Positions 27,687-39,522 of a DNA stretch of 45,792 nucleotides are shown piece by piece. This DNA is from a virus (taxonomy: Duplodnaviria > Caudoviricetes). Under the pieces are notes generated by a model. It ran no database searches. It was not told where the DNA came from and saw only the letters and a program-made list of their open reading frames with translations. The stretch spans positions 1 to 45,792 of the IMG/VR virus record IMGVR_UViG_3300016263_001003; one strand, given 5' to 3'. The first letter of the stretch is position 1, and every line of letters starts with the position of its first letter. A program made the position numbers and the translations under genes.

Positions 27687-30600
27687 TTAAGCTTCATCTG
27701 GTACATATGTAGTACCAATTGATGTTAATCTTGTGATAGTTGGGGCGGTTTGTAGACCAACAATTCCATTTAAAGTATATGGTTCAAATACAAATGGATT
27801 TGTTCTCACATCAAAATCATAGAATTTGCCCCAAGAATAATTTCCATATATTCCAGTTCCAATTGATCCGACATTAGAGATAGATTGAACATTACTAGTT
27901 ATGGTAACTATTCCAGAGATAGAATCATTCACAACATGATCAGCTCTAAAAACACAATCTAAAAATTGAGTAGTGACTCCCAAAACTGATCCATCTTGTA
28001 ATATAGATGTAATACCATTCCCAACGTTAGTTGAATGTAGTACATAATAATCTCCAGTCGAAATACCAGAAGTAATTAAAGTATCATCAACGTTAAGATT
28101 GAAAATTAGAGCTGGAGAAGTTGTTCCAATGCCAGAAGTGGTAGTAGCTACTCCAACTACAGTTCCAAAATCACCCAAAATTTTACATGATTTTATTCTT
28201 TCTTTTTTTAATGTAGGTGAATCAATTATTACTTTTGGAGTTGATCCATAGTATTGACCACCTTCACTTATAACAATAGAAGTAACTATTCCAGAAGAAG
28301 AAACTAATGCACTTGCAGCAGCACCTACCTTTTCTTCATTTGAAATTAAAGTTATGTTTCCAGATAAGGCTACATATTTTTTTGTTGGATCAAATTTTGT
28401 TACATGAGTTATTGTAGATGCAACTCCAGAACTTCTGGTATTCCAAGTTCTAAATCCAGAAGATTTTTGAGAGGTTAAAATAACTCCAGAAGATCCAACA
28501 GCTACAGCAGTTTCTGTTATTGGATCATAATGTACAGAAATTAAATGTTCTGATGTGGGTGTTGGAGTTACTTTATAAAAACTTCCACCGTTAAATCTAT
28601 TATTTGGGAAAGTCAAAACAAGTCCATTATTTCCTACTACAATAAAAGGAACAGTTGTAATTCCAGTATGAATTACATCATTTAATTGTTCTCCAGATAT
28701 TCCAGTTGCGGAGACTGATTCGGACATCCCAATTTCCCAAACTAAACCTGGATTTCCAATTGAAACATTATTGATTGTTGTAGCTGAAACTAAAATGGTT
28801 GCTGAATTTCCTACGGACACAAATTGAGTTTTTGTTTGGTTTTCTCCAACATCATAAACATTTTCAACAATAACTGAATTTAAATCATTGTTTGTTCCAG
28901 AATTTCTTATAATGAAAGTATTGCCATATATTGATTGGGGGTCAAAAGTAAATATCTTTCCATCAGATCCAACTCCGACAAAAAGATTATTGTCTTGAGA
29001 ATATACAATGTCATTTACACGACTTGTAAAACTTATTGCTTGTGCAGTTTCTGGAACCGAACTGTAATTTAATGTTGATACTCCAACTCTAGTCCAACTA
29101 GAAAAAGAAGAACTTGTTGAGATTGAAATGAATCCATCATCTCCACCAACAATCCATCTAGGTGATCCATAAGCTATAGCTCTCAAATTAGTTGTTCCAA
29201 CCCCAACTGATGAGTCGGAATATGTAAGTAAATTAGAACTAGATCTTAATGATAAAGAATTGCCTACAGATACTAATCTAGAATCAGCATAAATCGATTT
29301 ATTGAATGATGTAGTGTTCAAAGTGTCACTTTGATACCAAGTCTTTCCAATTACATTTCTTATAATTTCTTTATTTGAAATTATTACACTTGGGGGAAGT
29401 GACTGACTGTATCCTAATCCACCATCAGTAACATTTATAGTAGAAATTGTGGAACCAGAAGAAATTGTTGCAGTAGCTTTTGCTTGTCTCAACTGAGTGT
29501 TTTCTATTAATTCAACTTGCAAATCCGTCTCTAAAATTCCATCAACTTCAAACGAATTGACGTTCTGTACATATATTGTTGTTGAAGTAGTTCCGACTCC
29601 CGAAATTATTGGTGATGATGGTCTAATTAGAGAACTGTTTATAGATCTACTCTTAGAAATATTTTCTCCAGCAACTACTACATCTCTAGTTTGTTTGGTC
29701 CAAAAAACAGGTCTAAAATAATTTATACTGCTATTGATTCCAGCAAAAACATAATTTGGCGTTTTTACTTGAGATTTTGATGGTATATCAAAAACAAATC
29801 TTTCATCTTGCAACTGATTTGAAAAATCTTTCTGTATTTGTAAAGTGTCTCCAACCTTTATTGATTGTTCTACAATTCTAGTTCTTGCATCATCATTTGA
29901 AGCAGTATAAATTAAAATACTTATGATACTATTTGCTGGTGGTGTATCGACAAAGGTAATAAATGGTCCAAATAAAGTATAGTTATTAGGATTTTGTAAA
30001 ATATTGTTTACAAATACTAAAAAGTTATTTCTAATATCCAATCTCGTGTCTGTAGATGTTGACTCAAAATCAATTTGATTGTTTGTGGTGTATTCTCTAA
30101 GTTCAAAAGTTTTTCTAAATCCGTCAGCTACACTAGGAACTAAAATTGTTTTAGTTAATTTGCCAAAAGTCCAAAAACTAAAACTATCCGTATAAGTATC
30201 ATCTATTGTAAGAGTAAATGGAGAGTATCCAGATTGTGTTCCAAGACCACTAACAGTCAAAACATCTCCGCTAAGATACCCATATCCAATATTTGATAAA
30301 TCAACACTAACCATACTTCCACCAGCTCCAACTACCAAATCAATAGTTGCATTAGATCCTGATCCAGATCCACTCAAATATGTCAATGGAATATTGATAT
30401 ATCCATAAGGTTGATCTACTTCAATTGTAGGAATCGACGAAGTTGTATATCCACTACCTGGATTCGTAATTGAAAATCCAGTAATAAATCCAACTGAAGA
30501 TCCTGTTCCAACAAAAGCTGTAATTGAAGCCCCACTACCAACAGTGGATATTATATTGACTTCTGGGGAAGTTAAATATCCAGATCCAGATCCAGTCAAT

Positions 30601-31955
30601 GTTACTGCAGAAATAGTTCCACCTGCACCTATGGTAACAGTGGCTGCAGCTGAAACTTTTGGTTGATATCCAGATCCTTCAAAATAACTATATGATAAAA
30701 TTTTTCCAGCATTTGGTAGTTCTGATGGCGTATTTCCTGTAAAAGTTAGAGTAGATATTCCAGAATTACTGGTTATATTATATTGATCGATTGGAGACTG
30801 GAATACAGTGTTTACTAACAAAACTCCATAAGGAATCCCAGTTACATTTGAAGTTGTTACTCCAATATTTGATCCATTTGATAACAAATTGAATGTTTTT
30901 CCAACACCAACAAATTGATTTGAAATGTCATCAAAAATTATATTTTTATCATAAGTTTTTTTATAAAAAACTCTTCCATCAAAATTAGAACTCTCTAATG
31001 GTGGTGATGAAAAATAAATCTTTCCCCCTTTGATGTTGTAATCTCCCTTAAACAATTTGAAAGAATCTCCAGAAGTATGAGCAGCAGAAACTGTGCCCAT
31101 TTGACCCCTGATTACAGTAATATAAGTAGACCCAATCCCATTTATATTTTCTATCCTCATTATTTCTTCATTGACTGAAACAAAATCAGTAATCGATATT
31201 GAGGAGATGCCCGATAAAGAGATTATCGTCGTAGAAAGTCCAACAGATGTAGTTACTCCTAAATTTACACCCTTATAGGACAAAGGAGATTGGATGATGT
31301 TATCAATTTGTATTACGGATCTACCACTTCCATTTCTAGAACTAAACTTATGTGTGGTTGAAGTTGATCCTATTCCAGAAAAAGTTACGGCTGTTCCCAA
31401 TAAAGCATTTTCTTGACTTACTGCAATTTTAAATCTATTTTCTGTAGTTTTTATTGCATACACTACTGATGGTAAAATTGTAGTGGACGAAGATCCAACC
31501 ACAGTGGGTGTTATTTCAATTGGAGATATTGTGTACGCATAATCTACTGGTTCCCCAGTAGACAAATCATGATTCAAATATGAAATTAATAAGTCTTCTC
31601 CAGTATTGGATTCAATTTCCGTATCTGATACTGTAACTGAAAGAAGTGAATTTGATGAATTCTGTATACTAAAAGTTGATAATCCAATAACTTTATCGCC
31701 AGATAAAGAACTTGTAACTCCAGTAAATTGATCAGAAATATCATCAATAACTAAAACTTTATTGGAGATAAAATCGATATAGTTAGTTAAATTTCTTCCA
31801 CTAAAGTTTATCGTTGTACTCTCTCCTTTCGAATTTACAGTTTCGCTAACAAGATCAAAATTTTGCTCTGTATAAAAACTAGACTCGCTTAAAAGACTTA
31901 CTTTTAAAGTTACAGATTTATCTTCTGGAGATGGTTTTAAATTAAAAACTGACAT
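27687..31955 (-). CDS. Large Ser/Thr/Gly-rich baseplate protein (1422 aa), apparent C-terminal part of gp7
   Basis: NKVLVIDDISDQF, IDNIIQSP, G-S-G-Y repeats, beta-propeller-like VGxxG repeats and GNYSWGK near the C-terminus; starts 1 nt after the gp7 ORF stop. Confidence 0.85.
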   Translation of the reverse strand: MSVFNLKPSPEDKSVTLKVSLLSESSFYTEQNFDLVSETVNSKGESTTINFSGRNLTNYIDFISNKVLVIDDISDQFTGVTSSLSGDKVIGLSTFSIQNSSNSLLSVTVSDTEIESNTGEDLLISYLNHDLSTGEPVDYAYTISPIEITPTVVGSSSTTILPSVVYAIKTTENRFKIAVSQENALLGTAVTFSGIGSTSTTHKFSSRNGSGRSVIQIDNIIQSPLSYKGVNLGVTTSVGLSTTIISLSGISSISITDFVSVNEEIMRIENINGIGSTYITVIRGQMGTVSAAHTSGDSFKLFKGDYNIKGGKIYFSSPPLESSNFDGRVFYKKTYDKNIIFDDISNQFVGVGKTFNLLSNGSNIGVTTSNVTGIPYGVLLVNTVFQSPIDQYNITSNSGISTLTFTGNTPSELPNAGKILSYSYFEGSGYQPKVSAAATVTIGAGGTISAVTLTGSGSGYLTSPEVNIISTVGSGASITAFVGTGSSVGFITGFSITNPGSGYTTSSIPTIEVDQPYGYINIPLTYLSGSGSGSNATIDLVVGAGGSMVSVDLSNIGYGYLSGDVLTVSGLGTQSGYSPFTLTIDDTYTDSFSFWTFGKLTKTILVPSVADGFRKTFELREYTTNNQIDFESTSTDTRLDIRNNFLVFVNNILQNPNNYTLFGPFITFVDTPPANSIISILIYTASNDDARTRIVEQSIKVGDTLQIQKDFSNQLQDERFVFDIPSKSQVKTPNYVFAGINSSINYFRPVFWTKQTRDVVVAGENISKSRSINSSLIRPSSPIISGVGTTSTTIYVQNVNSFEVDGILETDLQVELIENTQLRQAKATATISSGSTISTINVTDGGLGYSQSLPPSVIISNKEIIRNVIGKTWYQSDTLNTTSFNKSIYADSRLVSVGNSLSLRSSSNLLTYSDSSVGVGTTNLRAIAYGSPRWIVGGDDGFISISTSSSFSSWTRVGVSTLNYSSVPETAQAISFTSRVNDIVYSQDNNLFVGVGSDGKIFTFDPQSIYGNTFIIRNSGTNNDLNSVIVENVYDVGENQTKTQFVSVGNSATILVSATTINNVSIGNPGLVWEIGMSESVSATGISGEQLNDVIHTGITTVPFIVVGNNGLVLTFPNNRFNGGSFYKVTPTPTSEHLISVHYDPITETAVAVGSSGVILTSQKSSGFRTWNTRSSGVASTITHVTKFDPTKKYVALSGNITLISNEEKVGAAASALVSSSGIVTSIVISEGGQYYGSTPKVIIDSPTLKKERIKSCKILGDFGTVVGVATTTSGIGTTSPALIFNLNVDDTLITSGISTGDYYVLHSTNVGNGITSILQDGSVLGVTTQFLDCVFRADHVVNDSISGIVTITSNVQSISNVGSIGTGIYGNYSWGKFYDFDVRTNPFVFEPYTLNGIVGLQTAPTITRLTSIGTTYVPDEA

Positions 31956-31956
31956 G

Positions 31957-34900
31957 TTATGATTGTGATGGTTCTGATACTATAATAATACTTCCAAATG
32001 ATTTTGTTCCTGACGGATGATTTAAAGAATCAACTATTTCTTTCCATTGTGTGGTCGAAATAGTGGATTTGATATCATATGAAAATTTTTGATAATAATC
32101 ACTGTCTTGGATTCTTTGTTCCGATACGCTTAATTTTCCATTTTCTTTTTCCCAACCAATTGGTTCTACATAAAAACTATCAACTAAAGCTTCTGACGAG
32201 GATTGTCTTACATACTCTACTGTTCCAACTTGTTTAGAAATTTTACCTTCTATTAAGTCTCCAGGTTCAATTTCAAATTGACTCGTTGGATTTTTGTCAG
32301 TAATTTTTAGAATTTGACCATTCCATCCATTGTTTGATGTAATTCTAAATGTTTTTTTGAGACCAGATAATTTAGTAATTGTAACGTCCTCATCATTTTT
32401 AAATATTCCTCTACTATAAACTGGTAAAAATTGAGCCAAATCATTTTCTTTTATCAAATATCCGCTAGAATTTAAAGAATCATAAGATCCAGGATTTCCA
32501 GATTTGAGAACATATTCTATGGTTTTATTTATTGCGTCTACGTTAGTGATTGTAAACGTTTCATACTTATTGCTCTTAGAATTGAACTCTGAAGTTGGTG
32601 AACTAGAAACAATTCCCTCAACAAATATTTTATCTCCAATTGCAAATGAAGACATGACAGATGATGAAGTGGATGGATTTAATGATAAAGTAACAAGTTG
32701 TGTTATATCGTCATAAGTGGCTCCTATGATTGGATATCCATTAGAATTGTTAATGGCAATGATGGTAACATCTCTAGTTAAATCTGTCCTATTTAAATCT
32801 ACTCTAATTGACTGAACTGATTTATTTGACATTACAGCAGTGAATCCCAACTTAGGTATTTCTACTCCAGTGTCAGAATCGATAGCAATAATTTTTGGAG
32901 GTGTTGTATAATTTTTCCCAGGATCGACGACTTTAATTCTTTTGAATGTAAAATGATTTTTTACCTTTATTGAATATGGGAGATCTAAAATTGGTTTGAT
33001 CGTAAAATCAGATGGAATTGCAAAAGATGGTTTATAAATTTCAGTTTTATTAACTTTTCCGATCGATTTGGATACGGCAATAAATTGTCCACCATCACCA
33101 TCTTCAGATATTATATCTTCTACTGAAGGTATGGATAAATATCCAACTCCTGGAGTCACTAACCTAACTACAGAAACTGGTCCAGTCGTAGAAGTTGATG
33201 TTGTTGTGTAGTTAATTACAGAGTCTGAAGAAACCCCAGATGAAACATATACTGAAGTTTCTTTAATATCAGATGGAACCATGTCCAATTTAAATTCATA
33301 TTGGTTATAGTCAGCATCATAGATTTGTCCGATTGCATTATATTTGCTTTCGTACAAAGTTATATTTGAATAATTTGGAACTTCATCGTCAATTTCAAAT
33401 CCAAGTTTTGTTGAGTTTGATTGTAAATTTATATCGGATAATTTAAAATTATAGAACAACTTCTCTGGAATTTCAAATTTGGTGTATACTTCAACAAAAG
33501 AATTTGATGATCCTGGATTTCCTGAGTATTTTGTTTCAAATGCACCTGAACCGAAGAATGTCCCTGTACCTACAAATTTATTTTGGAATCTAGAATCTGT
33601 AAAAAATTCAATATTAAAATCTGACATTGATGAATCAGATACATCAAATTTTATTGTGCTTCCTTTGATTGCTTTAATTTGTGGGTTAATATAATGGAAA
33701 GTATGAATACCAGATCCACTAGAAGAAAGTTCTACAAATGAATATGAAAACTCTGCATCATACTTATTTGAAGCGAGTCTAATTACATCATCATTTACTT
33801 TGATTACATAGTATTCTGATTTATTCTCTAATGGAGAAGCCGGATTGTCTGCATTGTATATTACTTTACTTCCATTTGTTAGTCCATGATTTTGAATAGT
33901 AAATGCAGATCCAGTGATTCCAGTAGTTACAAATGAAGAATTAGTAGATCCAAAACCAACGGTAACTCTTCTATTTTTATCATGATATAACACTTTATAA
34001 GTGTCAGTTTTTCTAGACTCTACATTGAGAATTACAATGTCATTGTTTGACATGCCATGAGTTTCTGAAGTGCCTACAACTACATATTCTTTTGAAATAG
34101 TTGAGATTAAATTTTCGCCAAAATCAGTTGTTAATTGATGATCCTCCCCAGAACCATAATTTGTAAAATACAAACCAGTGTTTGACGTTGATCCCAAACC
34201 TACTCTTGTAGTGCTCAATCCAATAAAGTCATTACCTTTGTTTATAGCATATACCGTATTGCCCAGTGCAACTGGCGAAGAAAGATCTTCAAATTTGGAA
34301 ACAGATAATGCAGTCCCCGTATTTGGACTGTATAATAATTTGTCTCCAGTTATTAATTTATGATTTGGGATATAAATTGATTGTTTATTAATTATTCTAG
34401 ACGCATTATTTGTTGTACTACCAATACCAACATTATAAGTTACCACAGATCCAGTTGTTCCTAAACCAACTGTTTCCTCTGGATCAAAATAGAACAATCT
34501 AGTATCAACAACTGACTTGTTGGACCTGATGTTTGGCAAATCTATTTTGAATTCTGTTGGTTTTTCTTCAACAATTTCTCCAGATGTGTATGCTACTCCA
34601 GAGGAAGCTCTTGAAGATGGGTTTGATGGATTATATCCTCTCAAAACTCTAATTCTATTATTAATGTCATCGACATTTAAAACCAACATATACTCAGAAT
34701 TTATTCCTACAATATCATTGACTTTGAATAATTTATTGATTGTAGTTCTTTCTTTCAGAGAAATAAAAGTAGTAAATCCAGATGATGGTGCTCCTGTGAA
34801 TGATGGAATACTTGTTGTTATTCCACAAGTTGAAATCGAAACAGAAACTTCGTGATTCTTTAAAAGATCTTTGAAATAAACTGAGTCTGTAGTATCATTA

Positions 34901-37900
34901 GATGGATCACTATCATCAGATTTTACAGAGGATATTTTAATGATATCTCCATCATAAAAATTATGTGGTATTGTAGTAAATCCTATAATACTTGTTCCAT
35001 TATATGTCAATTTCGTATCTGTAAATATACTTGTAACTCCAGTTATTGAAGTAACTCCTTTACCAACAACAGTAAAAACTAGAGCACTTGCTCCACCACC
35101 ATCAGTATTTTTATCATCAAACTCCAATAAATCACCAACTCTATAATTGGATCCTGGAGAAATTACGGATATAGCATCAACTTTATTATCTGTTTTATCA
35201 ATACTCTTTACTTCTAAAATATCTCTCCTTGGACTTGATTTCAAATCAAGAAAATCATAAGAGTCTACATTATATGGTGATAAATTCTTAATTAAAGTTG
35301 TATTTTTTGAATTGAATAATATATCGTTGTATGTATATTCAAAATTAAATTCTTTAATTTGATTGTTAAAGTTTTTTCCAATTACATATGGATAAATTGG
35401 GAATTTATTGTTACTATATGATCCCGATCCATTGTTATTTGAAATTGTAGTAAAATAAGCATAAGTTCCTTTTGGGAAATCTGGAGTTATGCAATATCTT
35501 CCATTATTTTCATCAAGATCACCAGTATTTGTAAAGACATTATCCTCAACGAAAAATCCTAGTGGATAAGATGGTGGTCTGTTTGGTTTTTGAACTTGCG
35601 TATATCCAGGTGAAAGTTTTTTAATTGCTGACGAATCTGTTGGACTATCAAACCCATATGGACCATATATTGGATTTCCGTCATAAGCCCATCCAATAAT
35701 TGGTGAGTGATTTGTTGGATTTTCTGAAAAATTATCATTAATATTGTCAGATAACTTGTATCTTAGTTTTCTTGGAGCTCCAAAATTAACGTATCTATTT
35801 CCATAATTTTCATTCAATGACTCTATAATAGCTCCATCATCAGAAGTTGTATATAATTTTTTGTGCAATTCAAAATTATCTACAGTCCATTTTTGGATTG
35901 AAGGTTTAAAATAAACACCTGTAGTTTTTCCAATCGAAACTACAGAGGCAATAGTTGTTGACTGATCATAACCAGTTCCGCCGTCAATAATATCAATGTC
36001 TGTCAATACTCCATCAACAAGAATAGCTTTTGCTTGAATTCCAGTTCCAACACCAGATACTGAAATTATTGGTTCTGTTACATAATCTTGTCCACCTTTT
36101 ACAATCACGAAATCCACAACTGATCCAGTTGGAGAGACAACTGGGCTTATCTTTGCGCCAGAACCAGTTGTAACTTCTATTTTTGGAGATTTAATATAAT
36201 CGAAAACTTCTGGAGACCCATAGTTAACCCCACCATCATAAACAAAAACACTATCAATTTGACCTTTACACTTTACGTTACTAAAAATTACAGTGGAACC
36301 AATTCCAGTTAAAGCCTGTATTTTAACTTTAATATCTGGGAATTTAAATGTGTGTGTTCCTGTTCCGATTCCACTAAATTTTAAATATTTACCTTGATTT
36401 AATAGATCTGTGTTAAACGTTGTAGTTACATTAGTGCTTATTCCAGTAGCTCCTACACTAACAACAGATGTTATACTTGACCCTGTTCCACAAAGTCTAA
36501 ATTTATTTTCATCAATCTTTAAAACATAGTATTGCGACGTAGTAGCTAGTCCTACTATGGAAGACCCTGTAGTTGCATATTCTACCAAGTCTCCAGTATC
36601 AAATTTATGATTCTTTGCAAAAATATAATTGTACGCAGTATTGATGCCAGTCAATATAGTGTCTAGATCTTCATAATTTTCTGGTGGATATTTTGTAGAA
36701 TTTACTTTAATTTCTCTATTTTGATAATTTATTCCACCATCAGAAACGACAATAGATGATATTACACTAACTGGTTCATTCAAGATTAATTTGTGAACTC
36801 CAGAACCACCTTGATATAAATTTACAGTATTGATACCCAATATTGAATCATTATTATTATAATGTAGTTTTATCTCATCGGGCGAAATAGATTCTACATA
36901 ATAAAAATCACTTTCAGATAGTGAAGTTGTTACTCCAACTCCATAAGAATCATATCTTATAATAAATGGCGAAGTGTTACCGTTTGTTTCATAGATAACT
37001 CTATCTCCAGTGATAAATGGATGATTGGTTTTAAATTTAATTGTGTCGTTTGTGGTATTGATGCCTATAGTTTTTTCTTCAGCCACAAATTCAATAGAAT
37101 ATTCTTTATCTGATAACTTCAAATTAACGTCTAATATAGCTCCCTCACCATTTCCACCTATCACTTCAACTCTAGGAGATTCTAAAAATCTAAATCCTGG
37201 ATTATCTACAATCACTTCAGAAACAGATCCAATCAAGTGAACTATTCCTTTTGCACCAGATCCATTATCATCGGTAATAGTTAATTTTGGAGCCTGAGTT
37301 ACCTCAAAGGTATCTGAACTACTACTCACTGCAATATCAGTAATTGATCCATAGTTGATCTCATGATCTGATTTTGAGTGAATAATTTCTACCCCATTTA
37401 CAAACATTCCAACTGCTGTGTTTCCTTCAACAATTTCATATTTAATTTTTGTTTCTATTGGTTTTACTGGAAAAATTTTTAGAAAATTTTGTGAGGTTAT
37501 ATTTTTATCTGAAAGTCTATAAAGAGATATTTTATGACTATTTGCTGATAAAGGTATAGGAAGTATTGGAATTAAAGTTGAAGTTTGTACATTCTTTCTA
37601 TTAAAACATAAACCAATTCTATTAGAATCAATTTTCTTTACATAATAATTACCTTCTTGCAAACCATCTAATGGTTCTATCTGAACTTGATTACTAATAA
37701 TCGGTTCATATTTTACTATTTGACCACTATAAAAGTTATGATTGTTGATAGTGATATAATAATTAACTGTATCTATATCAGCGTTAGTAAAAGTATATGA
37801 GTTATCATCTGATGATATTTCATATGATGGAAGTCCAGATGATGATACATAAACATCTGTATAATCATCAGAATCTATGTATGTATTTTGAGTCTCAGTA

Positions 37901-39522
37901 ACAAAATCTCCTAATCCCTGATATATTGAACTTTTTGATTTATTTAAATTCCTTCTAATAAAAACATCTGAAGCTGAGACACTACTCAATATTGATGTAT
38001 TTGAAAAATCTAATTCTATATAATTTGGTTTTATGTCAGCAACTGTTGCTGTAGTGATCAATGAATTTGTGGTTTTATTATATAATGATAAGGTATCCGA
38101 TAGAAAAATATTTTTATAAGTATTTAATACAAATTGTGATCTTACTGAAGAAACTGTTTGAAAGGAAACTACGGAATATGTATTTCTTATATTGTAGATC
38201 CAAGAAGTAAAGATGGGATCCTTATTATTTTCATATCCAAAAGATTTAATATTGATTTTATCGCCAACGGAAAGATATCTAGTATTTTCATTATTCAATC
38301 CAGATATCACATTAGTAATCGAAAATATTAATTCAGATCCATCCACAGTTCCTTTTAGGAAATTGTCTTCATACAAATTAGTTGATTCCTGGATGGTTCT
38401 CCCCAAGCCAACAGTAGAACCCAATCCGACGCATCCTAAAAATTGAGTCAAAGTTTTTGAAGAATATGTAAAATAATCTAATCCAGTATTCGTTTGATTT
38501 TTTATTGCAATAGTACCAGAGGTATCAAAACCAACAGTGGAGTCTACTGAAATAACCGTATCTCCAATATCAACTTTTTCTGTCAATATTGTTATAGCCG
38601 TATTTGAAAAAGACCCTTCCAATGTGGATTGATCAAATCCAATTTTGCTATAAAATTTTTCTTGGACTTCTGGAATGTTTGTATAATAGTACACAACTCC
38701 AGATGCGCCGGCAAATCCAACTTTTGCTGGTTGTTCTAACTGAACTCCTTTTTTGAGTTGTTTGACATCACCTGTTAAGTCCTCTGCAATAATGAAACTA
38801 TTGACGACCCATTGACTATCTGATGGTGTAAACAAATAATCACTAGGTCTAATAAAAGAAATATCAACTCCAAATAAAACATCGAAAAGAATTCTAAAAG
38901 ATTTCTCAGTTCCTTTGGACTTATAGAAGTTCTTGAGATATGTAAATAAATTTGCGGGATTGATATTAGTATTAATCCCAACGTTTTCCAATCCAGGAGC
39001 GTATTGATATTTTAAATCTTGATAGAACTTTTGTATAAAAAGATTGCTTAAATTTATTACTTTTGTTCCAGAATCATGATCAGAAGCAACAGTGTCTAAA
39101 AATACGAAAGTATCTGGAGAATTCATTTCGTTTAAACTTTCTACTCCAGAAAATCCACGAATACATCCAGTGAAACTAGTTGAAGTGATTCCAGTGTATG
39201 TGATGATTTCATTATCAATTTTAAAAAGACCATATTTTGATGGCCATCCATCTGTAGATTCAACGCCAATGGTTTCACTAAAAGAGGTAATGTCTGAAGT
39301 TAAACTTGTATTTGATACTAAAGTTTCTTTATTTAAATTCTCATGTTTTACATAATTATCAAGATTGTTAATTATGTCTAGAGGTCCTCCTTGAAATTCT
39401 TGTGAATTATAGTATTCTTTTAAAAATTCAACAAAAAAAGGATTACTGTCTGAAAAATATTCAGGAATCTGATTCTCAATAATTTCAGATATTTTTACTC
39501 TCTTTAGATCTTTAATAGACAT
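31957..39522 (-). CDS. gp7: Baseplate wedge initiator, gp7-like (2521 aa)
   Basis: IIENQIPEY, FLKEYY, FYKSKGTEKSFRILF, YHYH-like HSPIIGWAYDGNPIYGPYG...GDLDENNGRYCITPDFPKGTYAYF and RIQDSDYYQKFSY...LNHPSG; follows gp6. Confidence 0.9.
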   Translation of the reverse strand: MSIKDLKRVKISEIIENQIPEYFSDSNPFFVEFLKEYYNSQEFQGGPLDIINNLDNYVKHENLNKETLVSNTSLTSDITSFSETIGVESTDGWPSKYGLFKIDNEIITYTGITSTSFTGCIRGFSGVESLNEMNSPDTFVFLDTVASDHDSGTKVINLSNLFIQKFYQDLKYQYAPGLENVGINTNINPANLFTYLKNFYKSKGTEKSFRILFDVLFGVDISFIRPSDYLFTPSDSQWVVNSFIIAEDLTGDVKQLKKGVQLEQPAKVGFAGASGVVYYYTNIPEVQEKFYSKIGFDQSTLEGSFSNTAITILTEKVDIGDTVISVDSTVGFDTSGTIAIKNQTNTGLDYFTYSSKTLTQFLGCVGLGSTVGLGRTIQESTNLYEDNFLKGTVDGSELIFSITNVISGLNNENTRYLSVGDKINIKSFGYENNKDPIFTSWIYNIRNTYSVVSFQTVSSVRSQFVLNTYKNIFLSDTLSLYNKTTNSLITTATVADIKPNYIELDFSNTSILSSVSASDVFIRRNLNKSKSSIYQGLGDFVTETQNTYIDSDDYTDVYVSSSGLPSYEISSDDNSYTFTNADIDTVNYYITINNHNFYSGQIVKYEPIISNQVQIEPLDGLQEGNYYVKKIDSNRIGLCFNRKNVQTSTLIPILPIPLSANSHKISLYRLSDKNITSQNFLKIFPVKPIETKIKYEIVEGNTAVGMFVNGVEIIHSKSDHEINYGSITDIAVSSSSDTFEVTQAPKLTITDDNGSGAKGIVHLIGSVSEVIVDNPGFRFLESPRVEVIGGNGEGAILDVNLKLSDKEYSIEFVAEEKTIGINTTNDTIKFKTNHPFITGDRVIYETNGNTSPFIIRYDSYGVGVTTSLSESDFYYVESISPDEIKLHYNNNDSILGINTVNLYQGGSGVHKLILNEPVSVISSIVVSDGGINYQNREIKVNSTKYPPENYEDLDTILTGINTAYNYIFAKNHKFDTGDLVEYATTGSSIVGLATTSQYYVLKIDENKFRLCGTGSSITSVVSVGATGISTNVTTTFNTDLLNQGKYLKFSGIGTGTHTFKFPDIKVKIQALTGIGSTVIFSNVKCKGQIDSVFVYDGGVNYGSPEVFDYIKSPKIEVTTGSGAKISPVVSPTGSVVDFVIVKGGQDYVTEPIISVSGVGTGIQAKAILVDGVLTDIDIIDGGTGYDQSTTIASVVSIGKTTGVYFKPSIQKWTVDNFELHKKLYTTSDDGAIIESLNENYGNRYVNFGAPRKLRYKLSDNINDNFSENPTNHSPIIGWAYDGNPIYGPYGFDSPTDSSAIKKLSPGYTQVQKPNRPPSYPLGFFVEDNVFTNTGDLDENNGRYCITPDFPKGTYAYFTTISNNNGSGSYSNNKFPIYPYVIGKNFNNQIKEFNFEYTYNDILFNSKNTTLIKNLSPYNVDSYDFLDLKSSPRRDILEVKSIDKTDNKVDAISVISPGSNYRVGDLLEFDDKNTDGGGASALVFTVVGKGVTSITGVTSIFTDTKLTYNGTSIIGFTTIPHNFYDGDIIKISSVKSDDSDPSNDTTDSVYFKDLLKNHEVSVSISTCGITTSIPSFTGAPSSGFTTFISLKERTTINKLFKVNDIVGINSEYMLVLNVDDINNRIRVLRGYNPSNPSSRASSGVAYTSGEIVEEKPTEFKIDLPNIRSNKSVVDTRLFYFDPEETVGLGTTGSVVTYNVGIGSTTNNASRIINKQSIYIPNHKLITGDKLLYSPNTGTALSVSKFEDLSSPVALGNTVYAINKGNDFIGLSTTRVGLGSTSNTGLYFTNYGSGEDHQLTTDFGENLISTISKEYVVVGTSETHGMSNNDIVILNVESRKTDTYKVLYHDKNRRVTVGFGSTNSSFVTTGITGSAFTIQNHGLTNGSKVIYNADNPASPLENKSEYYVIKVNDDVIRLASNKYDAEFSYSFVELSSSGSGIHTFHYINPQIKAIKGSTIKFDVSDSSMSDFNIEFFTDSRFQNKFVGTGTFFGSGAFETKYSGNPGSSNSFVEVYTKFEIPEKLFYNFKLSDINLQSNSTKLGFEIDDEVPNYSNITLYESKYNAIGQIYDADYNQYEFKLDMVPSDIKETSVYVSSGVSSDSVINYTTTSTSTTGPVSVVRLVTPGVGYLSIPSVEDIISEDGDGGQFIAVSKSIGKVNKTEIYKPSFAIPSDFTIKPILDLPYSIKVKNHFTFKRIKVVDPGKNYTTPPKIIAIDSDTGVEIPKLGFTAVMSNKSVQSIRVDLNRTDLTRDVTIIAINNSNGYPIIGATYDDITQLVTLSLNPSTSSSVMSSFAIGDKIFVEGIVSSSPTSEFNSKSNKYETFTITNVDAINKTIEYVLKSGNPGSYDSLNSSGYLIKENDLAQFLPVYSRGIFKNDEDVTITKLSGLKKTFRITSNNGWNGQILKITDKNPTSQFEIEPGDLIEGKISKQVGTVEYVRQSSSEALVDSFYVEPIGWEKENGKLSVSEQRIQDSDYYQKFSYDIKSTISTTQWKEIVDSLNHPSGTKSFGSIIIVSEPSQS

